NCBI GenBank assembly: GCA_035626815.1
Contig: DASPMY010000030.1
Span: forward strand, 1,903 to 65,902
Direction: 5' to 3'
From: Croceibacterium sp.
GTDB taxonomy: Bacteria; Pseudomonadota; Alphaproteobacteria; Sphingomonadales; Sphingomonadaceae
DNA length: 64,000 nucleotides
How positions within the stretch are numbered: the stretch's first letter is position 1; the number at the start of each line of letters is the position of its first letter. Made by a program: the position numbers and the translations under genes. The notes beneath the pieces were generated by a model. That model did not search any database. It was given only the letters and a program-made list of their open reading frames with translations, and was not told the origin of the DNA. Of this stretch, positions 9,861-19,833 are shown piece by piece.

Positions 9861-10214
9861 TTACACGCCCGCCACAACCCTGACACGGTCCTGGGCCAGG
9901 CCGCCGACGCCGCGAAGTTTACACTCGCCGGACGACTCTGACAGTGTCCTGCGCAGCCGTTCGGGCAGCAGCGCGAGGAAGGCTGCCTCGTCGGCGGCGC
10001 GCGCCGCGCGCAAGGCGCCGTCCCACGCCCGCGCGAACGCCGGCTCGCGCCGCCGCAGCGTGTAGGCCGCCTGGCGCGACAGCCCGACCCCCGCGCAAGC
10101 GCGGCGCACGTCGAGGCCGGCGCCAAGCATCTCGAGGAACCGCCGCCGGCGCTCCGGGGTCCACCCGTCGCGGCGGACGGGACGGGTGGTGACGGGCTCG
10201 CTTGCCTCGGTCAT
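9861..10214 (-). CDS. Small helix-turn-helix protein of unknown function
   Basis: ~117 aa. 'GWTPERRRRFLEMLGAGLDVRRACAGVGLSRQAAYTLRRR' is an HTH-like segment. The second ATG was chosen for better GGGAG spacing. Confidence 0.55.
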   Translation of the reverse strand: MTEASEPVTTRPVRRDGWTPERRRRFLEMLGAGLDVRRACAGVGLSRQAAYTLRRREPAFARAWDGALRAARAADEAAFLALLPERLRRTLSESSGECKLRGVGGLAQDRVRVVAGV

Positions 10215-10366
10215 GATCCGCATCTCCCGTTGAGAACAAAACGCGAATCAAGCTCCTTATGCACGAACGGCCGTGTAGGAAAATGGTTTTTCGCCCGGGG
10301 GTGGGAGCGCTTTTGGGCAATGGCCGCAATGGGTAGAAAGCTGACGCAAGCGCGTCTAGGAACAAT

Positions 10367-10732
10367 TCAGTCCGGAGTTTGGCCTTTGATCCTGGCGGTT
10401 TCATCTTCAATCGAGTCGAGGCAAGCCTCATGCAAAGCATCAAGGTCGGGGTCTGAAGCATCCAGCGCCACCCCGTGTCCCCTGCTGTAGCGATAATATT
10501 CGTATCCGACATAACCCCCAAACGCGTTCTTTGCATTGACCGCGTCCATGCAAACTAGTCCGCGTTCGACATCTATGTGCGTGAGGACATCATCGCGAAA
10601 GGTAGCGGAGTCGGGATCTCTTAGCTCTGCTTTCACTGCATCACGTGCTTCTTCGAGCAGTTGGGATCGTGGGCTTATGTTGCAGGCAGCCAAGAGCACC
10701 ACGAGACTGCATGATGCAGCTCTTACCATCAT
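10367..10732 (-). CDS. Hypothetical lipoprotein in a low-GC islet
   Basis: Lipobox 'VVLLAAC'. 121 aa. GC content is visibly lower than the surrounding sequence. Confidence 0.55.
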   Translation of the reverse strand: MMVRAASCSLVVLLAACNISPRSQLLEEARDAVKAELRDPDSATFRDDVLTHIDVERGLVCMDAVNAKNAFGGYVGYEYYRYSRGHGVALDASDPDLDALHEACLDSIEDETARIKGQTPD

Positions 10733-10841
10733 CGCCTAGGTCCCCTGACAATCAAATTGCGCTGACGGCTAGTTTGGCCCTCTGTCGAGATGTCCGCAAT
10801 GGGTCGCAAAGCGGCCGTCCGAGCGTCCGCGGCCGCAGCCC

Positions 10842-11396
10842 CTACCACCCATCCCCGGTCTGCTCGTCGAACGGCCGCGTGTCGGCGGGCTCGGGCTTGT
10901 AGGGCGGGCGCTTCGGCAGCGTCCGCTCCCCTTTCCACGGGACCTGGTCGACGCCCGTCCAGGCGTTGACGTGGAGGCGATAGAACTTCCATCGCCCATT
11001 GCGCCTGACCAGCCGATCGTCGCGGGTGCCGATGCCGAACACGAAGTTGGTCTGGTAGTCGGCGTTCCACTGCAGGATCTGGAAGAAGCAGCGCACCCGC
11101 GCGCCTTCGGGCAGCGGGTCCATGATGAAGTGGTTCATCAGGTGCTGGCGGCCGTACCACCAATGCTGGCGGTCGTACCACAGCTTGCGCAAGTTCTCGC
11201 GGATCGCTGCGTGGCCGCGCACCTTGCCTTGCCACAAGTGGTCGAACTCGGCGTCCTCGGCGAAGGTGGCGATGGCCTGCTCCTCGTCGGCGAGGTCGAT
11301 GCCCCAGGCATAGCGGGCGAACAGCTCCTCGATCTCGGCCCGGTCGTCGGTCGGCATCCGTTCGGGCACGCCGTTCGGCCATGGATTTTCGGTCAC
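10842..11396 (-). CDS. NTF2/SnoaL-like domain protein
   Basis: 184 aa. 'IEELFARYAWGIDLADEEQ...FAEDAEFD' is a SnoaL_4-type N-terminus. Confidence 0.65.
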   Translation of the reverse strand: MTENPWPNGVPERMPTDDRAEIEELFARYAWGIDLADEEQAIATFAEDAEFDHLWQGKVRGHAAIRENLRKLWYDRQHWWYGRQHLMNHFIMDPLPEGARVRCFFQILQWNADYQTNFVFGIGTRDDRLVRRNGRWKFYRLHVNAWTGVDQVPWKGERTLPKRPPYKPEPADTRPFDEQTGDGW

Positions 11397-11446
11397 GTCG
11401 CCTCTCCCAAAGCTGGTTCTGCTGCTCTAACCTAGCCGCAAGTGGT

Positions 11447-11533
11447 TCGTCATTGCGAGCGTAGCGAAGCAATCCAGGGCGTCCTGCCCCACGGCCCTGG
11501 ATTGCTTCGTCGCTTTGCTCCTCGCAACGACGA
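11447..11533. repeat. REP-like inverted repeat, 'tcgtcattgcgagcg.agcgaagcaatccag' family (copy 1)
   Basis: The arms 'tcgtcattgcgagcgtagcgaagcaatccaggg' and 'ccctggattgcttcgtcgctttgctcctcgcaacgacga' are imperfect reverse complements. The same arm sequence recurs at 22117..22202. Confidence 0.75.
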
Positions 11534-11554
11534 TGGGATGGGAGCTGAGACGTC

Positions 11555-12985
11555 ATGCCCGAGATCTTTCATCCCTACGCGAGCTTCGGCCACCAGTCGA
11601 AGATGCCGATGCGCTTCGAGGCCGACGTGTTCGAATGCGAGGTCGAGGGCGAGATCCCGCGCGAGCTCGAAGGCACCTACTACCGCACCGGCGGCGACCG
11701 GCAGTACCCGAGCCTTAAGGACGACATCATCCTCAACGGCGACGGGATGGCCTCGATGTTCCGCTTCGAGGACGGCCACGTCAGCTTCCGCAGCCGCTAC
11801 GTCCAGACCGAGCGCCTCAAGCGCGAGCGCGAGGCACGGCGCCGGCTCTACGGCCACTATCGCAACAAGTTCACCGACGACGAAGCGGTCTCGAACCTCC
11901 CCGAGCGCGACAACACCGGCAACACCAACGCCTTCAACCACCATGGCGAGCTGTACATGCTGCGCGAGGATTCGCGGCCCTATCGCATGAATCCCGACAC
12001 GCTCGACACGATCGAGGTCGGGCGGTTCGACAGCCTCGGCTCGAGTGCGCTCACCGCGCACCCGAAGATCGACCCGAAGACCGGCGAATGGTGGAGCTAT
12101 GGCGTGTTCGCGCGCGGCGAGCCGACCACCGACGCTTCGCTGCACGTGTTCGACAAGGCCGGGCAGCTGGTGCGCGAGGAGTGGTTCCACACCCCCTACC
12201 CCGGCCTCAGCCACGACTGGGGGGTGACCCGCGAGCACCTGGTGTTCCCGATCATGCCGCTGACCGCCGACGACCGCCGGCTGCGCGCCGGCGGGCCGTA
12301 CTACCAGTACGACCCCGACCTGCCGAGCGCGTGGGGCGTGATGCCGCGCGACGGCTCGCCCGACCGGATGCGCTGGTTCTCGATCCCGGGCATCGTCATG
12401 GGCCACGTGATGAACGCCTACACCGAAGGCAGCCGGGTGATCGTCGATACGCCCGTCAGCCCGGGCAACTGCTTCTGCTTCTTCAAGGACAAGCACGGCA
12501 ACCTGCCCACGATGGCGGAAACGGTGACCCAGCTGACCCGCGTGACCTTCGACCTGTCGAAGCCCGACGCCGAGGCGGTCACGCTCGAGCCGGTCCAGGG
12601 CGCCTACGGCGACATGCCCAAGATCGACGACCGCTACGCGATGGACAAGTACCGCGTCGGCTACCTCGCCTTCCGCGACTTTCCGCGGATGGGGGTGGCG
12701 CAGATCGACTGGGGCACGCGCGAGCTCAAGTTCCACGACCTCGACAACGCCGCCGCGCAGGAGCCGCTGTTCGTGCCCCGGTCGCCGGATGCGCCGGAAG
12801 GCGACGGCTTCGTCCTCACCGCGGTCGACCGCTTCGCCGACAAGCGCACCGACCTGCTGATTCTCGACGGCAACGACGTCAGCCGCCCGCCGCTGGCCAC
12901 GGTGAAGCTGCCGTTCGCGCTGCCGATGGCCTTCCACGGCAGCTGGATGGCGGGTGATTCCTCCCCGTTCCGGGGAGGAACTTAG
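11555..12985 (+). CDS. Carotenoid cleavage oxygenase family protein (lignostilbene-alpha,beta-dioxygenase-like)
   Basis: 476 aa. RPE65/CCO hallmarks 'GTYYRTGGD', '[14 protein letters not shown]', '[15 protein letters not shown]', 'SHDWGVT'. Confidence 0.9.
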   Translation: MPEIFHPYASFGHQSKMPMRFEADVFECEVEGEIPRELEGTYYRTGGDRQYPSLKDDIILNGDGMASMFRFEDGHVSFRSRYVQTERLKREREARRRLYGHYRNKFTDDEAVSNLPERDNTGNTNAFNHHGELYMLREDSRPYRMNPDTLDTIEVGRFDSLGSSALTAHPKIDPKTGEWWSYGVFARGEPTTDASLHVFDKAGQLVREEWFHTPYPGLSHDWGVTREHLVFPIMPLTADDRRLRAGGPYYQYDPDLPSAWGVMPRDGSPDRMRWFSIPGIVMGHVMNAYTEGSRVIVDTPVSPGNCFCFFKDKHGNLPTMAETVTQLTRVTFDLSKPDAEAVTLEPVQGAYGDMPKIDDRYAMDKYRVGYLAFRDFPRMGVAQIDWGTRELKFHDLDNAAAQEPLFVPRSPDAPEGDGFVLTAVDRFADKRTDLLILDGNDVSRPPLATVKLPFALPMAFHGSWMAGDSSPFRGGT

Positions 12986-13854
12986 CCGGTCACCCGCCCT
13001 ACGAAATCCGCGATCAGGTCCTCGACCTCGGTTTCCGGCGACCCCAGGCTGGTCGCGGGCGAGAGGTGGTTGTGCCCGGCGAGGTAGTGCAGCCGCGGGA
13101 ACTCGCCTTTCGCCACGCCCCATTCGCCCGCCAGCCGCGCGGCGGCGACCTGGAAGTCCTCGGGATCGAGCTCGCTGACGGTGAACAGCAGCGGGATCTC
13201 CGCGTTGATCAGCCCGGCCTGCATCGACGCCGGGCCCCATTCGCTGCGCTCCTCGCCGTAGTAGGCCCGGTGGAAGTCGTTGGGGGTGGTATTAAGCGTG
13301 TCGTAGATGCCGCTCATCATCACCGCGCCGGCGATCCCGCCCCGCTCGGTGACGTGGAAGCGCTTGTGCGCGACGTAGCTGGCGACATGCGCCGCGCCGG
13401 CGGACTGGCCGGAGAGCACGATCCTGCCTGGATCGCCGCCGTACCGCGCCACGTTGTCGCGCAGCCATGCAACCGCGGCGGCAATGTCCTCCGCTCCGCT
13501 CGGGAACTTGTTCGCGGGCGCCAGCCGGTAGGTCATCGTGACCCCCACCCAGCCCTGCCGCGCGGCGAAGTCGCCGACGTTCGAATAGAACGGGCTGCCT
13601 TCGGTGTGCTTGTCGCCCATCACGAACCCGCCGCCGTGGACGAACACGAGCACCGGCGCGTTCGTCACGCCCTCGCGGACGAACAGGTCGAACCGATGCC
13701 GCGCGTCGGGACCGTACGACACGTCGCGCGTCACCTTGGTCGCGAGATCGATCCCGGCGTTCATCCCGGCGAACAGCGCGGTGGTGCCGCCGAGCATCTC
13801 CGGCCCGATCTCTCGTCCGAGACTTTCGAGCTGGGCGCGCAAGTCAGGCGTCAT
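12982..13854 (-). CDS. Alpha/beta hydrolase (esterase/lipase, HGGG type)
   Basis: '[12 protein letters not shown]' oxyanion motif and 'GQSAGA' nucleophile elbow. Confidence 0.85.
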   Translation of the reverse strand: MTPDLRAQLESLGREIGPEMLGGTTALFAGMNAGIDLATKVTRDVSYGPDARHRFDLFVREGVTNAPVLVFVHGGGFVMGDKHTEGSPFYSNVGDFAARQGWVGVTMTYRLAPANKFPSGAEDIAAAVAWLRDNVARYGGDPGRIVLSGQSAGAAHVASYVAHKRFHVTERGGIAGAVMMSGIYDTLNTTPNDFHRAYYGEERSEWGPASMQAGLINAEIPLLFTVSELDPEDFQVAAARLAGEWGVAKGEFPRLHYLAGHNHLSPATSLGSPETEVEDLIADFVGRVTG

Positions 13855-14947
13855 TGGAAGCTCCTTCCATCAGCAGCACCGGCTTGATCGCCTGGCCCGA
13901 ACGCGCGTCGGCGAACGCGCGCTCGATCTCGGCGAACGGGTAGAACGTCAGCAGGCGGTCGAACGGGAAGCGGCCCTGCCGCCAGTATTCGATCAGCTGC
14001 GGCAGGAACGCGCGCGGGTTGGCGTCGCCGCCGAGGATGCCGCGCAGCTGCCGCCCGCCGGCGAGCATGGCGAACAACTGCGGCGCCCATTCGCCGTGGG
14101 GCGCGGCGACGAACCCGGCCGTGCCGTTCATCGCCAGGCATTCGAGCGCGGCGGTGTGGATGGCCGGGACGGTGGTGGTGTTGAAGCTGTAGTCGACGCC
14201 GCGGCCGGTCGCCCGCCTGATCTTGCCCGCGAGGCCCTCCTCGCTGCCGAGGAAGCAGTTGGTCGCGCCGAGCTCGCGCGCCAGCTCGAGCCGCTCGGTC
14301 AGGAGATCGACGGCGACGATCCGGCTCGCACCGATCAGCTTGGCGGCCATCACCGCCGACAGGCCGACCGCGCCGGTGCCGAACACCGCGATGCTGTCTC
14401 CAAACCCCAGCTTGAACGCCTCGATCACCGCGCCGGCGCCGGTGATCACGCCGCAACCGAGCGGGCCGAGCTTCTCGAGCGGCAGGTCCTCGGCCACTTT
14501 CACGGCGGTCCGCTCGGGCACCACGGCGTAGGTGGCGAAGCTCGACTGGCCGAAGAAATGCGAGTGCACCGCGCCGCCTTCGAGCGAAGTCGAGCCGTCG
14601 AGCCGCTGGCCGCCGAAGCACAGCGGCATCGCCAGGTCGCAATACGTCGGCCGGCCGGCGAGGCAACTGAGGCACTGCCCGCAGCTGCTGCCGGAGAGGA
14701 TCACCGGGTCGCCGATCTCGAACCCGAGCACCCCTTCGCCGAGCCCCTCGACGGTGCCGGCCCCCTCGTGGCCGAGCACGATCGGGTGCGGCGCGTGGCG
14801 GCCCGGGTGCTCGTGCAGGTCGGTGTGGCAGATCCCGGTGGCGACGAGGCGGATGAGCATCTCGCCGGGCCGCGGCCGGCCGAGCTCGAGCTGCTCGATG
14901 ACCGGCGCCGGCGTGCCGCCCCGGCTCACAGCAGCGGTGATCTTCAT
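13844..14947 (-). CDS. Zn-dependent (aryl-)alcohol dehydrogenase
   Basis: 367 aa. 'GICHTDLH' Zn site and 'VFGTGAVGL' NAD fold. Confidence 0.9.
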   Translation of the reverse strand: MKITAAVSRGGTPAPVIEQLELGRPRPGEMLIRLVATGICHTDLHEHPGRHAPHPIVLGHEGAGTVEGLGEGVLGFEIGDPVILSGSSCGQCLSCLAGRPTYCDLAMPLCFGGQRLDGSTSLEGGAVHSHFFGQSSFATYAVVPERTAVKVAEDLPLEKLGPLGCGVITGAGAVIEAFKLGFGDSIAVFGTGAVGLSAVMAAKLIGASRIVAVDLLTERLELARELGATNCFLGSEEGLAGKIRRATGRGVDYSFNTTTVPAIHTAALECLAMNGTAGFVAAPHGEWAPQLFAMLAGGRQLRGILGGDANPRAFLPQLIEYWRQGRFPFDRLLTFYPFAEIERAFADARSGQAIKPVLLMEGASNDA

Positions 14948-15043
14948 CTCACCCTCACCCTTCGGCGCTTCGCGCCTCTTCCCGCTCCCAATGGGAGAGG
15001 GAGCGGCCCGCGCCGCGCCGGGGCCGCGGGAGGGTGAGGGTGA
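14948..15043. repeat. REP-like palindromic element
   Basis: The outer arms 'tcaccctcaccct' and 'agggtgagggtga' enclose an inner imperfect hairpin ('cttcccgctccc..gggagagggagcgg'). The element fills the gap between two minus-strand genes. Confidence 0.65.
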
Positions 15044-16507
15044 TCATCGTTGCGCCCCGAGGTGATGATCGTCCTGGATGTCGGCGACCGGCCCGTGCTG
15101 GGTCAGCAGGCTCTTGCGGCGGAGGAAGCGGCGCAGGCTCTCGGGCCCGATCCGCGGGGCGCCGTAGCCCGAGCAGCCGAAGCTGTCCGAGCCGAACGTG
15201 CCGAGCTTGGCGAAAGTCAGGAAGGTGTCCTGCAGAAAGATCCCGCCGGCGTTGAGCCGCCGGCCGATCGCCTTGGCCTCCTCGACGTCCCCGGCGATCA
15301 CGCTGGCGGTGAGCCCGAACTGCGTGTCGTTGGCGAGGCGGATGGCTTCCTCGGTGTCGGCATAGGACATCACCGGAAGGCACGGGCCGAACGTCTCGTC
15401 CTGCATGATGAGCATGGCGTGGGTGACGCCGGTGAGCACGGTCGGACGCATGTACAGCCCGCCGCCGATGTCCTCGATCTCGCCGCCGGTCAGGATGGTC
15501 GCGCCCTTGGCCACCGCGTCGTCGAGGTGGCGCTGCACGATCGCCGCCTGCGGGGCGAAGGTGAACGGCCCGATATGCCCGGCGCGCGGGTCGTCCGCGT
15601 TGAGCCGCACCGCCTCGGCCTGCTCGACCAGCCTGGCGACGAAGGCGTCGTGCACGCTCGCGTGCACGTAGACCCGCTCGACCGAGTAGCATACCTGCCC
15701 GGTGGCGTAGACCGCGCCGCGCAGCACCGCGGTCGCCGCGCGCTCGAGGTCGGCGCTCGCGGTGACGATGCACGGGTCCTTGCCGCCGAGCTCGAGGTTG
15801 CACGGGATCAGCCGCTCGGCGCAGGCGACCGCGACCTTGCGCCCGATCGGCACCGAGCCGGTGAAGCAGATCGTGTCGGCCTCGGCGATCACCGCCTGGC
15901 CGACTTCGCCGGGGCCGGTGACGTAGTCGAACACCTGGGCGAGCTCGGGGACCTCGCGCACGGTCTCGAACAGCGTCTCGATCACCCGCGGGGTGACCTC
16001 GCTCGGCTTGAGCAGCACTGCCGAGCCGGCGAACAGCGCCGGCACCGCGTCGAGCAGCGCCAGCATCAGCGGGGCGTTCCACGGGCTGATCACCCCGACC
16101 AGCGGGTAGGCGACGACTTGGCTCTCGATCGCGACCGTCGGCATCGAGGTGCTCATGCCCTGCCACTCGAGCGCCGCGAACGCCTTGGGCGCATCCTCCA
16201 GCCAGCCGCCGATGTTTCCACAAGTGATGAAGCCCTGGAGGTAGCTGGTGTGGCACCCGCCGGTGTCGGCCGCGTCGGCCTCGCCGATGTCGCCCGCGCG
16301 CGCCTTCACCGCGCCGAGCCAGCGCGCCATCACCGCGCAGCGGCCGGCGACGCCGAGCGCTTCCCAGGCCGGCTGGCGGGCGCGCAGCCGCGCCGCCTTG
16401 TCGGCCACTTCGCCGCGGCTCGATACCGCCAACTCGAAGTCGGCCGCGCCGGTGCGTGGGTTGCGCACCGCGAGCATCGCCTCTTGCGCCGGAGCCGCTG
16501 ACGCCAT
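15044..16507 (-). CDS. NAD(P)-dependent aldehyde dehydrogenase
   Basis: 'ELGGKDP', 'FTGSVPIGRKV' and catalytic Cys context 'TGQVCYSVERVYV'. The internal ATG (MASAAPAQE) with a GAGAGAGGA RBS was preferred to the 16570 start. Confidence 0.9.
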   Translation of the reverse strand: MASAAPAQEAMLAVRNPRTGAADFELAVSSRGEVADKAARLRARQPAWEALGVAGRCAVMARWLGAVKARAGDIGEADAADTGGCHTSYLQGFITCGNIGGWLEDAPKAFAALEWQGMSTSMPTVAIESQVVAYPLVGVISPWNAPLMLALLDAVPALFAGSAVLLKPSEVTPRVIETLFETVREVPELAQVFDYVTGPGEVGQAVIAEADTICFTGSVPIGRKVAVACAERLIPCNLELGGKDPCIVTASADLERAATAVLRGAVYATGQVCYSVERVYVHASVHDAFVARLVEQAEAVRLNADDPRAGHIGPFTFAPQAAIVQRHLDDAVAKGATILTGGEIEDIGGGLYMRPTVLTGVTHAMLIMQDETFGPCLPVMSYADTEEAIRLANDTQFGLTASVIAGDVEEAKAIGRRLNAGGIFLQDTFLTFAKLGTFGSDSFGCSGYGAPRIGPESLRRFLRRKSLLTQHGPVADIQDDHHLGAQR

Positions 16508-16705
16508 CGCCTGTCCTCTCTCGTCCCGGTGGCTTGGGTAACCTGTCGGCGCCGCGCTGGGTAGCGCCAAATGGGCCGGAATGGCGGTCCGGCGCGCGCC
16601 CGGCGCGGCTGGGCTCGATTGTGCGCTGCGGCAGGGAAACCGGGGCTTTCCAGCGCATTAACCGTGACGTCCGCCACGACAGTGGCTCGCAAGGAGATTT
16701 GTGCC

Positions 16706-17194
16706 ATGACCGACCAGAACAGGAACCCGGGCAGCCAGCGGCAGCAGCCGCAGCAGGGCGCCGGCACCGGCGCCGGCAGCCGCCAGCACGAGCAGCAGAC
16801 CGGCGGCGGCAGCTTCCAGCAAGGCGAGCAGAGCGGCGAAGGCTGGCAGCAGGACCAGGGCCGCGACGCCAGCTCGAAGCACATGGAGCAGCAGGGCGGC
16901 GTCGGCCGTCAGCAGGAGCAGGGCCGCGGCGGCGCCGGCGAGATGCGCGAGCAATCCGGCGGCCAGATGGGCCAGCAGGCCGGCGGCGCGCGCCAGCAGG
17001 GCGACATGAACTTCGAGTCCGACCAGGGCGACGACGTCAGCTTCCAGCAGGACCAGCAGGGCGGCGGCAGTCGCCAGCAGGAGCAGGGCGGCGACCGCAG
17101 CCGCCAGCAGGAACAGCAGGACCGCGGCGGCGGCCAGCAAGGCGGCACCGGCATGGGCACCGACACCCGCGGCGGCAACGAGACCAACCGCTAG
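16706..17194 (+). CDS. Gln/Gly-rich low-complexity hydrophilic protein (intrinsically disordered, stress-protein-like)
   Basis: An AAGGAG RBS lies 8 nt before the ATG. 162 aa dominated by Q, G, E, D, R and S. A strong hairpin lies downstream. Confidence 0.6.
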   Translation: MTDQNRNPGSQRQQPQQGAGTGAGSRQHEQQTGGGSFQQGEQSGEGWQQDQGRDASSKHMEQQGGVGRQQEQGRGGAGEMREQSGGQMGQQAGGARQQGDMNFESDQGDDVSFQQDQQGGGSRQQEQGGDRSRQQEQQDRGGGQQGGTGMGTDTRGGNETNR

Positions 17195-17240
17195 TCGCGA
17201 CCGCCAGGACCAACCGCTAGACAAGCAACCGGTTGGCAGA

Positions 17241-17281
17241 GCAAGGGCCGCCCCCAAGGTTCCCCGGGGTGCGGCCCTTGC
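17241..17281. terminator. Bidirectional stem-loop between convergent genes
   Basis: 'gcaagggccgc' ... 'gcggcccttgc' is a perfect 11-bp stem. It lies between the Q/G-rich gene (+) and the TonB-dependent receptor (-). Confidence 0.6.
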
Positions 17282-17293
17282 TTTGTCCGGCGC

Positions 17294-19312
17294 TCAGAAG
17301 CCGTAGCGCAGGCCGCCCCACACCGTCAGCGGCGCGCCGAGGTCCATCGAGCCGCCCTGGTTGCGGGTGATCACGTTTTCGTCGAACAGGTTCTCGACCC
17401 GGCCGACGACGCTCAGCCGGCCGACCAGCGGGACTTGCCCGAACAGGTCGACCGTCGTCGCCGCCGGCAGCGCGTCGTCCTCCTGGTCGTCCTCGAACTG
17501 CAGCCCGACATGGCGCACCGTCGCGGCGAACGTCATGCCGTCGCGCGGGCGCCAGCTCAGCGTCCCGCTCGCCGCCCATTTCGGCGTCTGCGCCGGGCGC
17601 AAGCCGTCGAGCGCCGCCTGCGCGCCGGTGCCGCGCATTTGCGTATCGGTGTACGCCAGGGTGCCGTCGAGGCTGACCGTGCCGAAGTCGAGCTGGCTGG
17701 CCAGCTCGATCCCCTGCGCCTCGATGGCGTCGATGTTCTGCCGCTGCCGCAGCACGGGGGTGAGCGAGACGTTGCTGACGGCGTTCTCGACCTCGTTGTC
17801 GAACGCGGTCAGCGAAAAGCGGAGGTTGTCGAGCGGCTGCCAGTCGATCCCCGCCTCGATCCCCTCGAGCCGCTCGTTGACGAGCGCGCCGTTGGCCTGG
17901 GTGGTGACCGGGAACACCACGAACGGCCGGTACAGCTCGTTGAGCGTCGGCAGCCGCAGCCCGCTGTAGGCCGCGGCGCGCAGCCGCACGCCCTCGGCCG
18001 CCTCGAACACCGCGCCCGCGCGGTACGACCAGTCCCAGCCGGTGCGGTCGGCGAACGCGGAATCGTCGTCGACGCTGCCATCGGCGTTGAGATTGAGATG
18101 GTAGCCGTCCTTGATCGCCCAGCGGTCGGCGCGCAGGCCGCCGGTCAGCGTCACCGGCCCGATCTCCCAGTCGTCCTCGACGAACACGCCGAAGTCGGTG
18201 TTGACCCCGCCGGCGGTGCGGCTGCCGTTGAGCGCGCCCGCCAGGGGCCCCCCGGCGACGTAGCGGTCCTCGAACAGGTCGCCCCGCGAGCGGCGGAAGT
18301 CGGTGCCGATGCGCAGCGTGTGGCCGCCGCCGACCGGCGGGCGAACCTCGAGCTTGCCGCCCTGGCCGGTGGACGGCGTATCGCGCTGGTCGAGCGTCTT
18401 GTTGAAGCTGGTCGACGAAATCACGACGTTGGAGAAATTGCGCCACTGCGCATAAGCCAGCGCGTCGACCTGCCACGCGCCGCGGCTGACCAGCCGGGCG
18501 CTCACGTCCTGCCCCCGGCTCGACGAGTCCGCGCCGGCGAACCGCAAGGTCCGGTGGTCCTCGAACGCCAGCCCGCGGACCTGAACCTCGAGGTTGTCGG
18601 CGACCGGCTGCACGATCCGCGCGCTGGCCGACCACGAATCGAACCCGGCCCGGGCGGTGGCCGGCACGCGCTGCGCCTGGGGGATGGTGAAGAAGCCCTG
18701 GCCGCGGTCCCAGCGGCCGCTGACGACCGCGAAGCCGTCGCCCAGCCGCGGCGCGACGGTGGCCGACAGCTCGGTCTCCGCCCGGCTGTTGATCAGCGCC
18801 GAGCCGCTGACCGGCCCGAGCGTCGTCGCGTCGGCGCTCTCGAGCTCGATCGCCCCGGCGAGCGCGCCGGCGCCGAACGGCCCGGTGCCGCCGCCGCGGG
18901 TGACGCGGATCGATTCGAGCCGCTCGGGCGCGATCGCCGACAGCGGGATGTAGCCGAAGAAGGGATCGGCCAGCGGCACCGCGTCGAGCAGCACCTGGGC
19001 GCGGCTGGTGGCGTTGCCGCCGAGCGCGCGCAGCGTGACGCCTTGCGCCGACGGGTTCGACGAGCGGCTGTCGGAGCGGCGGAATTGCTGGAAGCCGGCG
19101 ACGTTGTTGAGGACGTCCTCGATCCGCCCCGAAGCGCCGGAGACGATCTGCTCGCGCTCGAGCTCGATGACGTCGTAGGCCGGCGTCGCCGGGGTCTGCT
19201 CGAGCCCGCGGCCGGTCACGACGATGACCGGTCCGTCCTGCGCCGCCGCGGGGGCGGCCGGCAAGGCGAGCGAGGCGAGCAACAGGTATTTCAAGCGCAT
19301 GAAAGCTCTCAC
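17294..19312 (-). CDS. TonB-dependent outer-membrane receptor
   Basis: 672 aa with a signal peptide, a plug domain ('VIVVTG..', 'IESIRVTRGGG') and a beta-barrel ending in 'GLRYGF'. Confidence 0.9.
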   Translation of the reverse strand: MRAFMRLKYLLLASLALPAAPAAAQDGPVIVVTGRGLEQTPATPAYDVIELEREQIVSGASGRIEDVLNNVAGFQQFRRSDSRSSNPSAQGVTLRALGGNATSRAQVLLDAVPLADPFFGYIPLSAIAPERLESIRVTRGGGTGPFGAGALAGAIELESADATTLGPVSGSALINSRAETELSATVAPRLGDGFAVVSGRWDRGQGFFTIPQAQRVPATARAGFDSWSASARIVQPVADNLEVQVRGLAFEDHRTLRFAGADSSSRGQDVSARLVSRGAWQVDALAYAQWRNFSNVVISSTSFNKTLDQRDTPSTGQGGKLEVRPPVGGGHTLRIGTDFRRSRGDLFEDRYVAGGPLAGALNGSRTAGGVNTDFGVFVEDDWEIGPVTLTGGLRADRWAIKDGYHLNLNADGSVDDDSAFADRTGWDWSYRAGAVFEAAEGVRLRAAAYSGLRLPTLNELYRPFVVFPVTTQANGALVNERLEGIEAGIDWQPLDNLRFSLTAFDNEVENAVSNVSLTPVLRQRQNIDAIEAQGIELASQLDFGTVSLDGTLAYTDTQMRGTGAQAALDGLRPAQTPKWAASGTLSWRPRDGMTFAATVRHVGLQFEDDQEDDALPAATTVDLFGQVPLVGRLSVVGRVENLFDENVITRNQGGSMDLGAPLTVWGGLRYGF

Positions 19313-19425
19313 TAGGACAGGAAATTGCGTTTGTCCGGGCCTCTAGCGCGTCATCCTTGCCGCGTCACCCCTCGTTGGGCGCTATTTCCAGGGGGCTCAC
19401 CCAGCCGTTCGTCGCGCCGGATTAG

Positions 19426-19833
19426 TTGACTATGTCCGCGCCGTCCGTCGTCGCCCCGGATCACGCCCCGCTGCTCGACCGCCCAGACACGCGGCTCGCC
19501 GCCCAACAAGCGACCGGTCTACGCGATGCACCGCCCGAGGCTGCCGGCCGGCGACACCCCAGCGCGGCGCAGGACCTCGCCGGGCTGGTGGACTCGGTCC
19601 GCCCGGCCCGCCCGGCGCGCGGGATCAAGGACAGACGCGACCTGCCGCTGATCGACCTCATGGCTGAAGGCGGCAACGTCACCACCACATGCGTCCGGCC
19701 CGACCTGGGCCGCAGCGCCGACGGCAAGATCACCGAGCATGGGCTCCAATGCGCCCAAGCCAAATATCGATCCGAGCGCCAAAAGGCTGTAAGCTCCCAA
19801 GCCGACGCTGTGCACGGAGGCGATCATGGGTAG
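19426..19833 (+). CDS. Hypothetical protein (weak call)
   Basis: An open frame whose stop overlaps the ATG of the downstream methyltransferase (ATGGGTAG). No recognisable domain. Confidence 0.25.
   Translation: MTMSAPSVVAPDHAPLLDRPDTRLAAQQATGLRDAPPEAAGRRHPSAAQDLAGLVDSVRPARPARGIKDRRDLPLIDLMAEGGNVTTTCVRPDLGRSADGKITEHGLQCAQAKYRSERQKAVSSQADAVHGGDHG

Noticed and set aside
16571-16705. Longer 207-aa version of the Q/G-rich protein starting at 16571, and an EcfG-type promoter in this stretch.
   Set aside because: The N-terminal extension is Arg/Ala-rich shadow sequence. The AAGGAG RBS sits in front of the ATG at 16706. The GGAAAC element lacks a properly spaced CGTT -10, so no sigma-EcfG promoter is claimed.
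19313-19825. Possible riboswitch (cobalamin or TPP) in the ~500-nt region upstream of the TonB-dependent receptor.
   Set aside because: On the minus strand I could find neither a B12 box (GCCACTG-like) nor THI-box elements (CUGAGA / ACCUGAUCUGGAUAAUGCCAGCG-like). A covariance-model scan (Rfam/Infernal) would be needed. I make no call.
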